This document shows, in pieces, positions 9,276 to 18,152 of a DNA stretch of 52,040 nucleotides. The translations under genes were made by a program, and so were the position numbers. The first letter of the stretch is position 1, and every line of letters begins with the position of its first letter. The notes under the pieces are model-generated. The model saw only the letters and a program-made list of their open reading frames with translations, was not told the origin of the DNA and ran no database searches. Source of the stretch: a virus. Taxonomy: Duplodnaviria; Caudoviricetes. Location: IMG/VR virus record IMGVR_UViG_3300038393_001982, positions 1-52,040 of that record; one strand, written 5' to 3'.

Positions 9276-10282
9276 GCGGCACCCGCCAGGAGCTTCGTCA
9301 TCTCTCCGAGCTGCTCGACCGTCGCGTCCGCGATCGGCACGCCGAACGACTGCTGGAAGTCCCGCTCGATGGTCTCGGCGACCCCGGCCGCGAGCGCGGC
9401 TCCGCGCAGGGCGTCGACCGCCGCCGTCCGCTCGTCGTCCTCGACGATCTCGGCGTCCACCGGCTCCGCCGCAGCGGCCAACTGGCCGCCCCGGGCGATC
9501 AGGTACTCCCGAAGCGTCATGCCGCCGAGCGGCGTCTGCACCGGTACCTCCAGCAGCCCGGCGTTCCCCGCTGCCTGCCAGATCTGCCGCACCACACTGG
9601 CATCCGTGGTGTGCGCGGCATCCTCCGCAGCCTGCTGCGACTCGGGGCCCAGGTCCAGGACCGTCACGGTCTCGCTCGGCACCGCCCGCAGCGGCTGCAC
9701 CGGGGCGTCCACCGGGTTGCCGTCCTGGTCGACGTACGCGCCCAACTCCTCGGGCGTGTAGTGCAGACCGAACAGCACGTCTTCACAGGCGTCCCGCGCG
9801 ACCTCGGTAATGGCGCGCGCCTTGAGCATCGCGGCCGGGTACTTCTCCCACGCGGTCGGCTTCCCGTTCCGGTCCCGCGCCCACGGCTTGCCGTTCTTGA
9901 TCTGGCACAGGCCAGCCTGCTCGGCCCGCTCCAGGTCCCACGTGCACTCGTACGTCCATTCCGGGTCGTCGGCCCGAATGATCTGCGCGGTTGCCGTACG
10001 GCCGTCGCCCTTCACCCGCAGCTTGTGGCCGGCCTGCCGGACCAGAGCGCCGATCAGGCCTGAACTGGCGGAGGGCTTGCCCTCGATGACGTGGATGCCG
10101 GTCAGGGCGGCGAGGGGGGTGATGCCCAGGGTGCGGCCGTACTCCATGGCATACAGCACGTTGGCGGGGCGACCAGCGAAGCCCTTGGGCAGCATGTCGG
10201 CCTGGGCGAGGTGTTCGGCGTACCGGACCATGTCCGGCAGGTTGGTGGCGACCGGCGTCGCCCGCACGATGTCAGTGCTCAA
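9272..10282 (-). CDS. RecT-like ssDNA annealing protein
   Basis: PANVLYAMEYGRTLGI..IHVIEGKP...WEKYPAAMLKARA..ARDACEDVLFG.YTPEEL; TTG start after GGAGA. Confidence 0.8.
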   Translation of the reverse strand: MSTDIVRATPVATNLPDMVRYAEHLAQADMLPKGFAGRPANVLYAMEYGRTLGITPLAALTGIHVIEGKPSASSGLIGALVRQAGHKLRVKGDGRTATAQIIRADDPEWTYECTWDLERAEQAGLCQIKNGKPWARDRNGKPTAWEKYPAAMLKARAITEVARDACEDVLFGLHYTPEELGAYVDQDGNPVDAPVQPLRAVPSETVTVLDLGPESQQAAEDAAHTTDASVVRQIWQAAGNAGLLEVPVQTPLGGMTLREYLIARGGQLAAAAEPVDAEIVEDDERTAAVDALRGAALAAGVAETIERDFQQSFGVPIADATVEQLGEMTKLLAGAA

Positions 10283-10333
10283 CGTTTTCTCCGTCTGGAG
10301 TGGCCGGGGCACGCGGGCCCCGGCCGGGGTTGA

Positions 10334-10465
10334 TCAGTTCTTGGGGTTCGGGAGACGGCAGATCAGCCAGCCCGAGCCGTCCGGGCGGACCAGCTCCAGG
10401 GCCGGGAACGGCCAGGTGATGCGGCGGACCCGCAGACCGGCGAGGCTGCGGAGACGGCGGGTCAC
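10334..10465 (-). CDS. Hypothetical small protein
   Basis: GTG after AGGAGG; TRRLRSLAGLRVRRITWPFPALELV. Confidence 0.45.
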   Translation of the reverse strand: MTRRLRSLAGLRVRRITWPFPALELVRPDGSGWLICRLPNPKN

Positions 10466-10629
10466 CGGTCGTCCTCCTGCCGCAGCGACACGTGCCGGAT
10501 CTGCTCCGGCGTCACCTCGAACGCAGGCGCCGACTTCACCCGGCGACGCGCCCGCACGTCCGACCACCAGCCAGCCGCCAACAGGGCGCCGATCAGCGCG
10601 GCGGCCGTGTACCAGAGCGCGGCCATCAC
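10462..10629 (-). CDS. Small membrane protein
   Basis: ALWYTAAALIGALLAAGWW hydrophobic helix, GGAGG RBS. Confidence 0.55.
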   Translation of the reverse strand: MMAALWYTAAALIGALLAAGWWSDVRARRRVKSAPAFEVTPEQIRHVSLRQEDDR

Positions 10630-11069
10630 GCCACCTCCGGCCGCTGCTGCGGGATGCGCGGGCCGGCCGCGACCAGCAGCCGCTCCGCCAACTCCCGGGC
10701 ATCCGCCGAGGCGAGCTGCATCGTGGCGCCACCCAGGCGCTCCAGCAGCCCCTCGACCAGGGCGTCCCGCTCCGGGCCGTCCGCCGCGTACAGGTCGGCC
10801 AGCTCCAGGCCCACGCCCTCCGGGTCCTCCGCCGCCTCCGCCGCGAGGGCGACCAGCAGCGCCGACACCAGAGGCGTCACGTCCAGCTCCACACCCACCG
10901 GCCGGCGCCGCACCCACACCGGGAACGCCCCGCTGATCCGGGACGCGGCCTGCGCGAGCATGCCCTCCCCGTCCAGCAGCGCGACCACCGTGCGGGCCAG
11001 CGGCGCCCCGTACGTGGCGGCCAGCCTGCGAACCGCCCGGCGTGCGACCGGGTTCTCGAAGTCGCTCAT
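10626..11069 (-). CDS. Hypothetical protein
   Basis: MSDFENPVARRAV..., GGAGGA RBS. Confidence 0.6.
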   Translation of the reverse strand: MSDFENPVARRAVRRLAATYGAPLARTVVALLDGEGMLAQAASRISGAFPVWVRRRPVGVELDVTPLVSALLVALAAEAAEDPEGVGLELADLYAADGPERDALVEGLLERLGGATMQLASADARELAERLLVAAGPRIPQQRPEVA

Positions 11070-11233
11070 CGGGTCCTCCCCTTCAGGTTGTTGTGGTGGC
11101 GGGCCGCCCTCAGCCGGCGGCGGTGGGCCCGGCGGCGGACCTCGTCCGGGTGCACCCACGCACGGACCGCGACCCCGGCCAGAGGCCCGGCGACCAGCAG
11201 CGTCAGCACCGGTGTCACCTCGGCCCCGGTCAC
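11066..11233 (-). CDS. Small membrane protein
   Basis: VLTLLVAGPLAGVAVRAW followed by a basic tail. Confidence 0.5.
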   Translation of the reverse strand: MTGAEVTPVLTLLVAGPLAGVAVRAWVHPDEVRRRAHRRRLRAARHHNNLKGRTR

Positions 11234-11565
11234 CGGGCACCGTCCGTCGTGTTCGGGTTGTGCTGGTGGAAGGGCCGGCCGCAGCCACACGGGCACAGGA
11301 ACCCCGCGTCGCCCCGCAGTACCGCGACCACCCACTCCGCCCCGGCCTGCACCGACTCGACGTGCTGGGCCACGGTCCCGACCACGACGTCCGCCGTGCC
11401 GTCCGCGTGCTCCGTCACCACACCCGCCCGCAGGTCCGTGGGCGTGAGCAGGGACCAGTACCGGCCGCTCCCGCTCAGGCCCGGCGACACCCACAGCTCC
11501 TCACCGTCCACGGTGATCTCCGCGACACCCGTGACCTGCGACAGGTCCATGCACTCGGCCATCAC
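11230..11565 (-). CDS. Hypothetical protein
   Basis: GGAGG RBS, coupled start/stop, C-terminal CPCGC. Confidence 0.55.
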   Translation of the reverse strand: MMAECMDLSQVTGVAEITVDGEELWVSPGLSGSGRYWSLLTPTDLRAGVVTEHADGTADVVVGTVAQHVESVQAGAEWVVAVLRGDAGFLCPCGCGRPFHQHNPNTTDGAR

Positions 11566-12002
11566 GCCGCCCTCCCCAGCCGGGCGGCCGCGGCCGCCTC
11601 ACGGTCCTCGATCGCCCACATACGGGCCGTCCACGGGCACATGTCCCGCACCAACGCCGTCCGCGGCAGCCGCTCGAACTCCCCGGACACCGCCGTCAGC
11701 TCCACCCGCACACCCGGCAGATCGACCAGGGCCGGCAGCCGCACAAACCACGCCAGGCCGCCCTCCTCCCGCGAAGCCGTAGCCCCCGACGCCCCGCCAA
11801 CCGCCTCGTACCAAGCCGACAGGCCAGCCACGCTGGCCACCTGCAGCCGGACCACCGAACCGTCCGGCGCCACGTCCACGTCCAGCACCTCGCCGCCCGA
11901 GACCCGGGCCACCAGGCCGGCGGACGCCGCCCGAACCGCGTCCACGTCAGCCACGTCCGACGGCAGCCACCGCAGCACCGACACATCCACCAGCGCGCTC
12001 AC
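11562..12002 (-). CDS. Hypothetical protein
   Basis: Coupled GTGA start; open frame. Confidence 0.55.
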   Translation of the reverse strand: MSALVDVSVLRWLPSDVADVDAVRAASAGLVARVSGGEVLDVDVAPDGSVVRLQVASVAGLSAWYEAVGGASGATASREEGGLAWFVRLPALVDLPGVRVELTAVSGEFERLPRTALVRDMCPWTARMWAIEDREAAAAARLGRAA

Positions 12003-12337
12003 CGGGCACCGCCCATCCAGCGGCCACGCATCTCCGCACGGAACGCCTCCGCGTGAGCCCGCCGCTCGAACGTTCGCGACAATTGCTTGCCGTCCTCGCG
12101 CCAGCGCACCGCCCACTTCCCCGACGCCGTCTTCGACACCGACGCCGACGGCGCCTTCGGCTCGACCTTCGCCCTCAGCCGCTCGACCTCGTCCTCCGAC
12201 GCGGCCAACGCCTCGTCCAGCACGTCGATCTCGTCCAGCAGCTCGACGATCACCCGGGCCTCCAGGCCCTCCGCGTTCACGTACGAGCGGCGGAGCTCCA
12301 GCAGCCGCTCCTCACTCACCGGCCCCCGCGCGTTCAC
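11999..12337 (-). CDS. Coiled-coil protein with integrase-arm/AP2-like DNA-binding C-terminus
   Basis: GKWAVRWREDGKQLSRTFERRAHAEAF. Confidence 0.6.
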   Translation of the reverse strand: MNARGPVSEERLLELRRSYVNAEGLEARVIVELLDEIDVLDEALAASEDEVERLRAKVEPKAPSASVSKTASGKWAVRWREDGKQLSRTFERRAHAEAFRAEMRGRWMGGAR

Positions 12338-13206
12338 GCAGCACCGCCCGCGATGCTCAGCTGGGCCGGGGCCTGCGGGTACTGAGCCGCGTAGTACCGC
12401 GACCACGTCTCCTCGAAGACCGGCAGGGCCGCGTACGTCCACGCGACCGTCTCGCGCACCGACCCGCGAGCCGTCTCCTCCGTCCGCGTCCCCGGACGCT
12501 CACCGTGCTCCGCCTCGTACAGGGAAGCCGCACGCCGGCCGAACCACGACTGCACGCTGAGGATGTCGGCCTTCTTCAGACCCTTCGAGCGCAGGAAGTC
12601 CGGCACGTACAGCGGCCGGTCCGCGGGATCGACCTCCGGCTCCTCGCCAAGCGCCCGCGCCGCCACGTGCCGGGCCTTCAGCTCCAGCCACTTCGGGTCG
12701 ACGATCCCGCCGGCTGCCGCCAGCACCCGCATCTGCAACGCGGCCAGCTCCGCCCGGTCCACCGCATCGGTGCGGGCCGCAGTCGACGCCGACTCCTCGA
12801 CGTTCAGCAGGTACTCACGCACCCGGTGCGCGACCTCGCTACCCGTCAGCAACTGGCCCACGTTCAGGACCGTCCGCCGCGTGAACAGGGCGACGGCGCG
12901 CGCCTTCGGGTCCACCGCGTTTGTGAGGTCCCTGGAGGACCCAACAAACTCGCGGAGCTCAGCGCCGCGCAGGACGCTGTACCCGTTCTCCGTGAGCTCG
13001 GCCCGGTGGTCCTTCACCAGGGACTTGATCGTCTCGACGCCGACCTCGTAGAAGCCGGCCACCAGCTCCGTCGTCGCGTGCACGCCGTCCGGGAGCAACG
13101 ACAGCGCCTTCACCTTCGTGAGGACGTCCGTCCGCTCAACCGTCGCCGCGCGCATCGTGCGGGACTCGGTCAACACCTGCTCGGTGTTCTCTGCCAAGAT
13201 GGACAC
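12334..13206 (-). CDS. Antirepressor-like DNA-binding protein
   Basis: ATTELVAGFYEV...IKSLV..HRAEL..NGY...LFTRRTVLNVGQLL..SEVA..VR.YLL; position after xis/cro; GAGAGG RBS. Confidence 0.55.
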   Translation of the reverse strand: MSILAENTEQVLTESRTMRAATVERTDVLTKVKALSLLPDGVHATTELVAGFYEVGVETIKSLVKDHRAELTENGYSVLRGAELREFVGSSRDLTNAVDPKARAVALFTRRTVLNVGQLLTGSEVAHRVREYLLNVEESASTAARTDAVDRAELAALQMRVLAAAGGIVDPKWLELKARHVAARALGEEPEVDPADRPLYVPDFLRSKGLKKADILSVQSWFGRRAASLYEAEHGERPGTRTEETARGSVRETVAWTYAALPVFEETWSRYYAAQYPQAPAQLSIAGGAA

Positions 13207-13300
13207 AGTCCACCTCTCTTTCGTGTGCTTCGTGGTTGGTGGGCGAGGGCCTTCGTCCGGCGGCATCCGGGTGGGGGCCCGACCCATGTCGGGGGGTTGC

Positions 13301-13561
13301 TCAGGCGGCGGCGCGGCGGCGGCCGCGGGTGGCCGGGTCGACCTCGCCGGCCTGCTGGATCTGCCAGACGTGGTCGAGGCGGAAGCGGATCTTCCCGGCG
13401 ACCTTGAGGCACGGGACGCGCTTGCGGTACGCGGCGTCCTTGAGCGTGCCGATGGTGTGCGGCAGGAGCCCCAGGGCGATGACTTCCTCCGGCGAGTAGA
13501 GCCGGAGCCGGTCCGTGGCGGTAAGCCAGTCCGGCAGCTCGTTTGCGACCTTCTTGGTCAC
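13301..13561 (-). CDS. Excisionase-like HTH protein
   Basis: YSPEEV...TLKDAAYRKRVPCLKVAGKIRFRLDH (Xis/HTH_17-like). Confidence 0.7.
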   Translation of the reverse strand: MTKKVANELPDWLTATDRLRLYSPEEVIALGLLPHTIGTLKDAAYRKRVPCLKVAGKIRFRLDHVWQIQQAGEVDPATRGRRRAAA

Positions 13562-13764
13562 GGCTGTTCCTCTCGGTTGATGGCGGCGACAGGCACGTTG
13601 AGCGCGGCCGCGATTTCCCGGAGGGTCGACTCGCTCGCCCCCTGGAGCCCCCGTTCGACCTTCGAGAGAAAGCCCCGGTCTCTGCCCACGCGGGCTGAAA
13701 GCGTGCGGAGGCTCACTCCGTGTGCCTGCCGGATGCTGCGGATCGCAGTGCCGTTCGGTGTCAC
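13558..13764 (-). CDS. Cro-like XRE HTH regulator
   Basis: IRSIRQAHGVSLRTLSARVG...LSKVERG; divergent from the repressor. Confidence 0.85.
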   Translation of the reverse strand: MTPNGTAIRSIRQAHGVSLRTLSARVGRDRGFLSKVERGLQGASESTLREIAAALNVPVAAINREEQP

Positions 13765-13978
13765 GTGAGAATCACACCACAAGAAGGCTCACTGAGCAAG
13801 CATTCAGGCTCACTTGGACTACAGGTTCTAGAGCTTACTCAGAGCGCCGTCAGTGGCATCCGATGCCCATTCCGGCTCGCGGGGGCAACCCTTGCGCCCC
13901 TTCAGTGAGCCTTAGCCACAGCTCAAAAGGGCTTGATATGTGTGCACGGGTTGCCTCAAGGTGAGGCATGATGTGCTC
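13765..13978. promoter_or_regulatory. Immunity switch region with operator-like repeats
   Basis: AAGGCTCACTGA (13784) and its reverse complement (13902), AGGCTCACT (13806), TGCCTCA-AGG-TGAGGCA (13952-13968). Confidence 0.7.
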
Positions 13979-14521
13979 ATGGAGCAGGACTGGGGACGGC
14001 TCGGCAGGGCCGTCATGGAGGCACGCAAGACCGCGGGGCTGTCTCAGATTGAGCTGGCCAACGCGGCGGGCCTCAGTCGTAGTGCAGTGCAGAGCATCGA
14101 GCGCGGACGCGAGTTCAGCGCGCCCCAGCTATCGCACCGGAGCGTCGCCCAGGTCCTCGGGTGGGCACCTGACTCCATCGCCCTGGTGCTCGCCGGCGGC
14201 GAACCAATCCGAAGCGCACCGTCCGCCGTGGCCCACCAGCCGACCGTCAACGTGGCAACGTCGCCGGAGGCTGAATCCGTCGACGACCTCCTCGACGACC
14301 TCACGGAGCGCGTGCGCATGGCACTCCTCGGGGGAACCGTCGCCGATGCCGACGCAATCGGCCTGGGCGACGAACCGGACGGCGGCGAGGTAGTCCTGAT
14401 CTGGAAGCGCGGCGAGAGGCCCGACGCCACACCGGAACAGCTCCGCGCCGACCTCAAGAAGTGGGCCCGCCTTCAGCGCGTGGCCCGCGAGATCCTGGCC
14501 GACGACGACCCGTCAGCCTGA
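13979..14521 (+). CDS. CI-like immunity repressor (XRE HTH)
   Basis: RLGRAVMEARKTAGLSQIELANAAGLSRSAVQSIERG...LGWAPDSI. Confidence 0.85.
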   Translation: MEQDWGRLGRAVMEARKTAGLSQIELANAAGLSRSAVQSIERGREFSAPQLSHRSVAQVLGWAPDSIALVLAGGEPIRSAPSAVAHQPTVNVATSPEAESVDDLLDDLTERVRMALLGGTVADADAIGLGDEPDGGEVVLIWKRGERPDATPEQLRADLKKWARLQRVAREILADDDPSA

Positions 14522-14637
14522 TTAGTCGACAATCACCACGACACGCCCACAAGCCCAAGCGCATATGCCAAAGGTGTGCAAAGATTCCGCTTACCTGGGA
14601 GGGGTCGTCACCCAACAGGTAAGGGGGAGGCCGCCCC

Positions 14638-14823
14638 ATGCGGTTCCAGCGTGTACCGGACATCCCCCACGGCGAACTCGCCATAGTTGTCAGGAAGCCC
14701 GGGCGCGCACCGGTAGTCCTGCTGAACGGCCAGCGCCTCAATGAGGACGCAGCCGCTCGGCTCGGGCGCCGGATCTGCTCAGACCCGGACCTCCTGAAGG
14801 CGATCGGCGAGGACGGCGTGTAG
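14638..14823 (+). CDS. Hypothetical small protein
   Basis: Strong GGGGGAGG RBS before ATG. Confidence 0.6.
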   Translation: MRFQRVPDIPHGELAIVVRKPGRAPVVLLNGQRLNEDAAARLGRRICSDPDLLKAIGEDGV

Positions 14824-14884
14824 CACCTTGGCAAGGCGGGGCCTGTGGGATAGCAGGCCCCGCCTGCCCAACACGGAGGTGCAC

Positions 14885-16156
14885 ATGGCCTACGCCGAGA
14901 AGGTGTTCAAGGTCCGCAACGGCAAGAAGACCAAGCAATACACCTGGCGCGCCCGCTTCAAACTGCCGGACGGCAGCACAGGATCAGAGCCCGGGTTCCC
15001 CACAGAGCGCACCGCCAAGGAGTACGGCGAGGAGCAGGAAGCCCTGGTACGCGCCGGCCGGTGGGTCGACCCGAGCCTCGCGCAAACCCCGTTCGGCCAG
15101 TGGGCCCGCGAGTGGATGGCCACAAAGGCGCCCCGCGGCCGCACCAACACCACGCGATGGGACCGGCTCGACACCCACATCCTCCCGCGATGGGAGCACG
15201 TGCCGCTGAACAAGGTCAACTGGTTCGAGGCGGAGGCCTGGGCGAACTCGGTTGGCGAGACACACGACGACACGACAGCCAGCCACTCGCTGACGCTGAT
15301 GTCCCAGATCATGACCGGTGCGGTAGACGCTGGGAAGATCACGGTGAACCCGTTGTTCGGTCGGCGCCGCAGTCGCACCGCGGCCATCAAAGCGAAGAAT
15401 CAGGCGAAGCAGGCGAAGAAGGCGGCCGCCCCGGCAACGCCTGAACTGGTGCTCCAACTTGCCCGTCGCGTTGGCCCACTTGACGGCATGCACATCCTCA
15501 CGACCGCCTTCCTCGGCCCGCGTTGGGGAGAGGGTGCGGCCCTCACCCGTGACAGCCGTGGCAGGCGGACGGAGCCGTGGGGGAACGGGCACTTCACCTG
15601 TCCCACGTTGCAGATCCGGCAGGAGGTTGCCGAGTACCAGACCCGGACCCCGGATGGGAAGAAGGGTCCGATGCACTTCGACCTGGAGCCGGTCAAGAAC
15701 GACGGCTCGCTGCGAGACATCGACGTTCCCCCCTTCCTCGACGCGCTACTCGACGAACATGAGAAGCGTCTGCCGTCCCACCGCAACACGCTCTTCTGTA
15801 CGCGGAAGGGCGTCTGGTGGCGGAACTCCAACTTCGGCCGGCAGGTGATGAGGCCTGGCGCGGACGGCCGCAAGGCGCTGGAGGCGTCGAAGGGGCATGC
15901 ACCGCGAGAGGCTTGGGAGCCTCTGCTGCCTGGGCTTACGATGGACTTGCTGCGGCACTTCCACGACACTCTGCAAGCGCAGATTGGAGTGAAGGACCCG
16001 CTGGCGCACGAGCAGGCGGGCCACGTTCGGTCCGGCATCAAGGCCGTGTACCAGCACCCGACGCCGGAGATGCGGAAGGAACGACTCGACGGCCTGCAAG
16101 CCGTCTTCGAGCGGGCGATGAAGAATCTGGGGTGGGAGAGAGTCTGGGAGAGTTGA
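14885..16156 (+). CDS. int: Tyrosine integrase
   Basis: Arm-binding N-terminus (WRARFK...GF.T), GPRWGE, VKN, LRH, AGH, catalytic Y in AVYQH; adjacent to attP. Confidence 0.93.
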   Translation: MAYAEKVFKVRNGKKTKQYTWRARFKLPDGSTGSEPGFPTERTAKEYGEEQEALVRAGRWVDPSLAQTPFGQWAREWMATKAPRGRTNTTRWDRLDTHILPRWEHVPLNKVNWFEAEAWANSVGETHDDTTASHSLTLMSQIMTGAVDAGKITVNPLFGRRRSRTAAIKAKNQAKQAKKAAAPATPELVLQLARRVGPLDGMHILTTAFLGPRWGEGAALTRDSRGRRTEPWGNGHFTCPTLQIRQEVAEYQTRTPDGKKGPMHFDLEPVKNDGSLRDIDVPPFLDALLDEHEKRLPSHRNTLFCTRKGVWWRNSNFGRQVMRPGADGRKALEASKGHAPREAWEPLLPGLTMDLLRHFHDTLQAQIGVKDPLAHEQAGHVRSGIKAVYQHPTPEMRKERLDGLQAVFERAMKNLGWERVWES

Positions 16157-16223
16157 TCTCCGAAATTCCCCCTAAATGATCTCCATCGGATGCATTGCAG
16201 CAGGTGAGGACGCCTCAAAACTA

Positions 16224-16271
16224 TGCTCTTACAAAGCAGATGTCGGCGGTTCGAAACCGTCCGCGCCCACC
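16224..16271 (+). other. attP core: 3' half of tRNA-Val(TAC)
   Basis: tgct-CTTACAA-agcag atgtc ggcgg-TTCGAAA-ccgtc cgcgccc acc: anticodon arm, T arm and acceptor 3' strand; no 5' half present. Confidence 0.88.
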
Positions 16272-16293
16272 CGTTGAACAGGCAGAACTGAGG

Positions 16294-16335
16294 CTGCGGC
16301 CCAGGTCAGGGCAGATGTCCCGGCCTGGGCCGCAG
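16294..16335 (+). terminator. Hairpin after attP core (replacement tRNA terminator)
   Basis: ctgcggcccagg...cctgggccgcag. Confidence 0.6.
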
Positions 16336-16462
16336 TTGCATATGTAGTCTGCCTGTAGGGCATCTGAGTCTGTCTGATGTCTCGCTCGGGGGAGTCCGCC
16401 CCTAAATTCCTCCCAAACGATCATGACGTTCGTGCAGGTCAGGATGGTGGGGCGACGTGGAT

Positions 16463-16495
16463 GCGCCCCCGGCCGGATGGGACGGCCGGGGGCGC
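16463..16495. terminator. 13-bp-stem hairpin
   Basis: gcgcccccggccg-gatggga-cggccgggggcgc. Confidence 0.55.
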
Positions 16496-16774
16496 TCACG
16501 CCGAGGCGGGGAGGGGTCGTCGTGGGCCACCTCGGCGCGATCATGGGCCCCCGGGCATAGGACTCCCGCGAGGCGTATAGGGATGTAGGCGTACGGTCGG
16601 CCGATGTATTCGAACATCTGTGCACTTGATCGTTTAAGCGGTTCAGTTTTGTACTAACAGCTTCTGATGTGCCGCTGACCTGCGCAAGATCTTGGGCGCC
16701 CAAGCATTCGAACGCTTCCCTACGGTTTGGTTACGGCCACCGTCGGCCGCAGTGAACGACGTACAGGGACGTGC

Positions 16775-17395
16775 ATGCCTCGGGTCGCGCCGCCATACCA
16801 GCGCGTCGCCGCGGAGATCCGCCGCAGGATCGCCAGTGGCGAATGGCCGCCCGGCTACCAGCTCCCCTCCCGGGCGAAGCTCGCCGCCGAACTCGGCGAG
16901 ACCGACGCGGCCGTGCGACTCGCGATGACGCTCTTACGGCGCCGCGGAGAACTCGAAGGGACCCAGCGGACCCGCCTGTTCGTGGCGCATCCTCCTGCTG
17001 TGCGCACCCTCCTCGACCCGGACCGGGACTGGCCGTACGCCACTGGTGACGGAGCCATCGGAACCTGCCGTGCCGACGCCGACCTTGCCGCCCGCCTCCG
17101 AGTCTCAACCGGGACCCAGCTTCGGTGGCGACGCGACGAGTGCCTCGATCCGGACTCCCGGCCCAGCCACCTCGTCACCACCTGGTGGACAGGGGAGCGG
17201 GCCCGAGCCTGGCACCGGTGCAGCGCAGAAGCCCAGCTTCACCAGCTCACAGCCGCAGAAGGGGACCAGCTCGGCCTGCCTCACGGCGTGCCGGCCTGGC
17301 TGATCCAGCGGACCCGGTACGGCAGTACCGGCCGGCCGGTCGAGACCGCCGACATGGTGCTTCCCGCCGACCGGTGGCGGGTCCGCCTGCGGTAG
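16775..17395 (+). CDS. GntR-family regulator (wHTH plus UTRA-like C-terminus; KorSA/KorA-like)
   Basis: PPYQRVAAEIRRRIASGEWPPGYQLPS..., C-terminal LGL..GVPAWLIQRTRY...GRPVETADMVLPADR. Confidence 0.85.
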   Translation: MPRVAPPYQRVAAEIRRRIASGEWPPGYQLPSRAKLAAELGETDAAVRLAMTLLRRRGELEGTQRTRLFVAHPPAVRTLLDPDRDWPYATGDGAIGTCRADADLAARLRVSTGTQLRWRRDECLDPDSRPSHLVTTWWTGERARAWHRCSAEAQLHQLTAAEGDQLGLPHGVPAWLIQRTRYGSTGRPVETADMVLPADRWRVRLR

Positions 17396-17433
17396 CCCTG
17401 GCCGACCGCACCGCCGTACGGCCGGCCAGGGAG

Positions 17434-17613
17434 TCAGATGTAGGCCCGCCGGCTCTTGGGCCGGGGCTTCCTGGGGCAGTCGTCGTGCTCGACCAGTTCA
17501 CGCCGCTCGTCCACGGTGACGAGGTGCCGGCCGCGGACGTACGCGCGGCAGCGCGGGCAGGTCCCCATCGTCGTGTACTCCGCCCGGGCGGGCGTCCCAC
17601 CGGCGGCGTTCAC
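17434..17613 (-). CDS. Small Cys/His protein
   Basis: TCPRCRAYV...VEHDDCP; coupled GTGA. Confidence 0.5.
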   Translation of the reverse strand: MNAAGGTPARAEYTTMGTCPRCRAYVRGRHLVTVDERRELVEHDDCPRKPRPKSRRAYI

Positions 17614-18116
17614 AGCGCACCCCCGGCAGCCAGGCCGCGGGTCGCCGCGTAGCTGGCGAGGGTGACCTGCCGGGCTACCCAGGCGGCGGCGCCCTCGAAG
17701 ATGCCGAATCGCAGCGTCACCAGCGATCCGTCCTCGTCTACCTCGCGGACCAGGTCGCCGGTCTCGGTGTCCCGCACCGCCCACAGACCCGGGCAGCGGC
17801 CGGTCGCGGGCAGTTGCACCGGCACGTACCGGTCCCGGACACGCCCCTGCGGGGAACGGGCCCCGGGCAGGGACACGCGCATCACGACCCGGGCATCGTG
17901 CCGCAGGTCGAGTGTCCAGTCCGCGGCGCCCTCGGCGGCCAGCGTGGCCAGGACTTCGGGGGTGTCCCCGCAGAGCTGGCGCCGCATCGCCTCGTGCTGC
18001 TGCTCGCACAGGTCCAGCTCGACCACCTGCCGCCACAGCCGCCGCAGTGCGTCATCCGTCGGCAGAGTGACCGGGCCGAGGCGGCCAGCCACCTCGATCG
18101 TGAGGTTAGTACTCAT
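17610..18116 (-). CDS. Hypothetical protein
   Basis: GAGGAG RBS; WAVRDTETG motif. Confidence 0.65.
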   Translation of the reverse strand: MSTNLTIEVAGRLGPVTLPTDDALRRLWRQVVELDLCEQQHEAMRRQLCGDTPEVLATLAAEGAADWTLDLRHDARVVMRVSLPGARSPQGRVRDRYVPVQLPATGRCPGLWAVRDTETGDLVREVDEDGSLVTLRFGIFEGAAAWVARQVTLASYAATRGLAAGGAL

Positions 18117-18152
18117 CGGCTCCTCTTCCTTCAGCGCCGTCCGCAGCCCACG

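Noticed and set aside
10492-13407. 971-aa plus-strand ORF and many other long Arg/Pro/Ala-rich ORFs in the track
   Set aside because: Antisense or off-frame shadows of real genes in high-GC DNA; no motifs or RBS
15940-15965. Inactive integrase because HxxR reads MDLLRH
   Set aside because: The other catalytic residues (R, K, R, H, Y) appear intact, and the first His is known to vary among tyrosine recombinases
16224-16271. Complete tRNA gene
   Set aside because: Only the anticodon arm to the 3' end is present; no D arm or 5' acceptor strand, so it is an att core
16610-16625. LexA/SOS box (TCGAAC-ATCT-GTGCAC)
   Set aside because: Only one half matches the actinobacterial TCGAAC-N4-GTTCGA consensus
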